From NCBI GenBank assembly GCA_964016885.1, contig OZ024740.1:442370001-442434000 (forward strand): a stretch of DNA of 64,000 nucleotides. Reading direction: 5' to 3'. The DNA comes from Eledone cirrhosa (Eukaryota). The translations under genes and the position numbers were made by a program. Within the stretch, counting starts at the first letter, position 1. The number at the start of each line of letters is the position of its first letter. The notes under the pieces were generated by a model. The model worked only from the letters and a program-made list of their open reading frames with translations. It did not search any database and was not told where the DNA came from. This document shows positions 57,090 through 64,000 of the stretch, piece after piece.

Positions 57090-58116
57090 TTAGAAGACTG
57101 TTGGTGACTGTGGTAGTGGTTATTTTTATGTAGGTTATGGTTTTTGTTTTTGTTTTTATTTTTAATTTTATTTTCATTTGTCCGACGGGTCCCCGGGAGA
57201 TGGGTAAAGGGACAATCCCGGTCTAAACACAATCTGTCTCGCAGGGAAAAGCGGCAGATTTGTGGATTCCTTGTTTGAGTTATTGGTGGTTGTGTTGGTG
57301 TTAAATTAGAGTATGTATTATGGTGGTGGCTGTTTGTGGGGATAGATCGTTTTGTCCTAGGTAAATGGGTGAATTTGCAGCCACTATCCGTACATATTCT
57401 ATAGCGTAGAGAGTAGCGGCAAATGATGGGGTTTCGAGTGGGTGGGTATGTGGGTGTGTGTGTTGTGAGAGGTGTAGATGATGGTTTGGGTAGGATTTGA
57501 CGACCTTTGTGGACTGTGGGAGGGAGAGTTCTTGTTCTGGTATTAGAAGGTAAATTCCTTGACATAGCAGTAGACAAAAGTGTTGTAGTAGTAGTAGTAG
57601 TAGTAGGCAGAGATGTTGGCAGTGGTGATGATTGGACTGCTGGGCCAGAGAAAGGATGTGGCGTTTCATGCTGTGAGACAGAGGCTACTGGGGGGTCAAT
57701 AGTTTCATTTAGTAGATCGGCCATTGTTGATGAATCAAGGAGTGGTTCACACTGTTGTTGTCGTTGTTGTTGTTGTTGTTGCTGTTGTGATGTTGTTGTT
57801 GTTGTAGCTGTTGTTGTTGTTGCCGTTGTAGCTGCTGTTGTTGTTGTTGCTGCTGCTGGACAGCATTCGAAGAAAAAACACACCGTAGTTTATCCAAATG
57901 TTTATTGATTAATTTAAAAGCAATTTCGATTTGCTTTAATTTATTTTGAATCTGTTGTTCAGATCGAGTTTTCAAAAATTGAACTGTACGTTTAGCAATG
58001 TCGTTCAGAGATGAAGCATCTATATCTTCTGTTTGGGTAAGGCAATGCCATGTGTTTATTAGAATGTCGATTTCATTATCAGACCAGTTCTGTTTGGATT
58101 TTTGCTGGTTAGCCAT
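56960..58116 (-). pseudogene. CR1-group ORF1: Myb/SANT-like N-terminus, poly-Q linker, two CCCH zinc fingers (one frameshift in the CAA repeat)
   Basis: MANQQKSKQNWSDNEIDILINTW...RSEQQIQNKLKQI; CRYSLRYRICTDSGCKFTH and CRFSLRDRLCLDRDCPFTH. Confidence 0.75.
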
Positions 58117-58529
58117 TCTAGTTTTGAGTGTGTGTGTTTTAGTTAAGTATTTCAATATATATATATATTTTTTTTAAATTTATTTTTGATTTATTTTTGT
58201 TTTTTGTTTTTCTTGTGTGTGAGTGAGAAGAGTATATATATATAAATATGAGTATATATATATATATGTATATTCTGGTTATTTGAAATTAATTAAGTTA
58301 ATGAAAAGACGAAAGTATATAATAATAATTTGTAGTTAAAGGAAAATGTACTCACAAGTTCGAAAACACGTGGTTTCAAATATATAATAATATAGATGTA
58401 TGTAAATGTATTAACCGGTCAATTTTTGTTTGTTTGGTTTTGTTTTGTGGTTTTGTTTTGTGGCTGTGTGACTTGCTGCTTACTCGGGGAGAGAAGTAAA
58501 AACACGTCCTTATACTTCAACTGCTCAAC

Positions 58530-60160
<1,631 letters not shown>

Positions 60161-60343
60161 AAAATAAAGTTAAATAAAAGTCAAATGATTAAAATTTTAA
60201 TTTTAATTTTAATCATTTGACTTTTATTTAACTTTATTTTACACTACTCCGGAGTAACCAAACCAACCTGCGCACTTCGTTGAGTGCTCCAGGCTGCATA
60301 CAGAGGTGTTGGTATACAACCAACATAAACTCAAAATATACAG
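60161..60343 (+). mobile_element. Short fold-back element in (TA)n (probable PLE-type 3' terminus)
   Basis: 36-bp inverted arms 60161-60196/60205-60240, then a ~100-bp unique tail containing TTGAGTGC. Confidence 0.5.
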
Positions 60344-63362
<3,019 letters not shown>

Positions 63363-64000
63363 TAACTTTGAATAACTTTGAAATGTTTTGGCCAGTATTG
63401 GCCCAGGCCATGTCTAACTTAATAGCACCACCTGGCGAAGTCTTTCAATTCAGGATTTGGGCACCATGGCCCATTCGAGAAGAGAATTACTGTTTGCGGA
63501 GACATATCCGGGTGTGGGTGGTTTGTCCGGGATTACTTGGAGCAATTTGTCCAAATACTTCTTGAATTTTGTGTGGTCAGTTTCTGTTTTGACGTGTCCT
63601 GGTGTGATGTTGAAGAGAGCAGGGCCGATTGAGGTGAAATAATTGTGCCGTATTGTTGTTATGAGTTGCGATTTAGATTTTTGAATGGGACGGATAGCAC
63701 GGGGCCCAAGCCTTGGGTGTATCTTGAAGGCGATGCCAACATCATTTGGGCAGTGATGATGGAACATTTTCCACATCATGCAGATAATATAACGCTCACG
63801 GCGACGTTGGAGTGAGTAAAGTTTCAGGTTTTCCAATCGACCCCAGTAGTCAAGGTCTGACATGCCATCTATCTTTTTCGTGATTGCCCTTTGAGGAGCT
63901 TCAAGTTTCATGATACTTTGTTTCGTGTGGGGAGACCACAGTGGACAACAGTATTCAAGGTGTGGTCGGGCGAAAGTAGAGAAGAGAAGGATAATGGTGC
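63363..64000 (-). mobile_element. CR1-group LINE copy 3 (3' end, continues beyond the window)
   Basis: Near-identical to 44890-45530, with a (TTCAAAGTTA)x2 tail. Confidence 0.9.

Overview
This is eukaryotic, repeat-saturated DNA with no recognisable host gene. An octopus/cephalopod-like source is inferred from the Nin-type tRNA SINEs and kilobase-scale (TA)n tracts. Main contents: (1) a 2.5-19.2 kb cluster of seven Tx1-clade non-LTR retrotransposon copies stacked in (TATC)n microsatellites, one of them near full length; (2) three CR1-group LINE copies in (TA)n, one full length, with a Myb/SANT + 2xCCCH ORF1 and a predicted -1 frameshift into ORF2; (3) three distinct Penelope-like elements (PLEs) with GIY-YIG domains, plus RTE and R4/Dong fragments, SINEs, a MITE and a Helentron-type HINE; (4) more than a dozen hammerhead-ribozyme (HHR) motifs read by eye, mostly in short non-coding elements with fold-back (inverted) ends inserted in (TA)n. 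The best candidate for a new system is at 37.6-39.7 kb. Two sequence-divergent non-coding retrozyme-like elements there share the layout oligo-T / octamer ATGCAAAT / TATA 42-43 nt later / minimal type I HHR with palindromic stem III. One of them is a ~430-bp tandem array predicted to yield self-cleaved, possibly circular RNA monomers from an snRNA-type promoter. All RNA folds are manual and no database searches were run.
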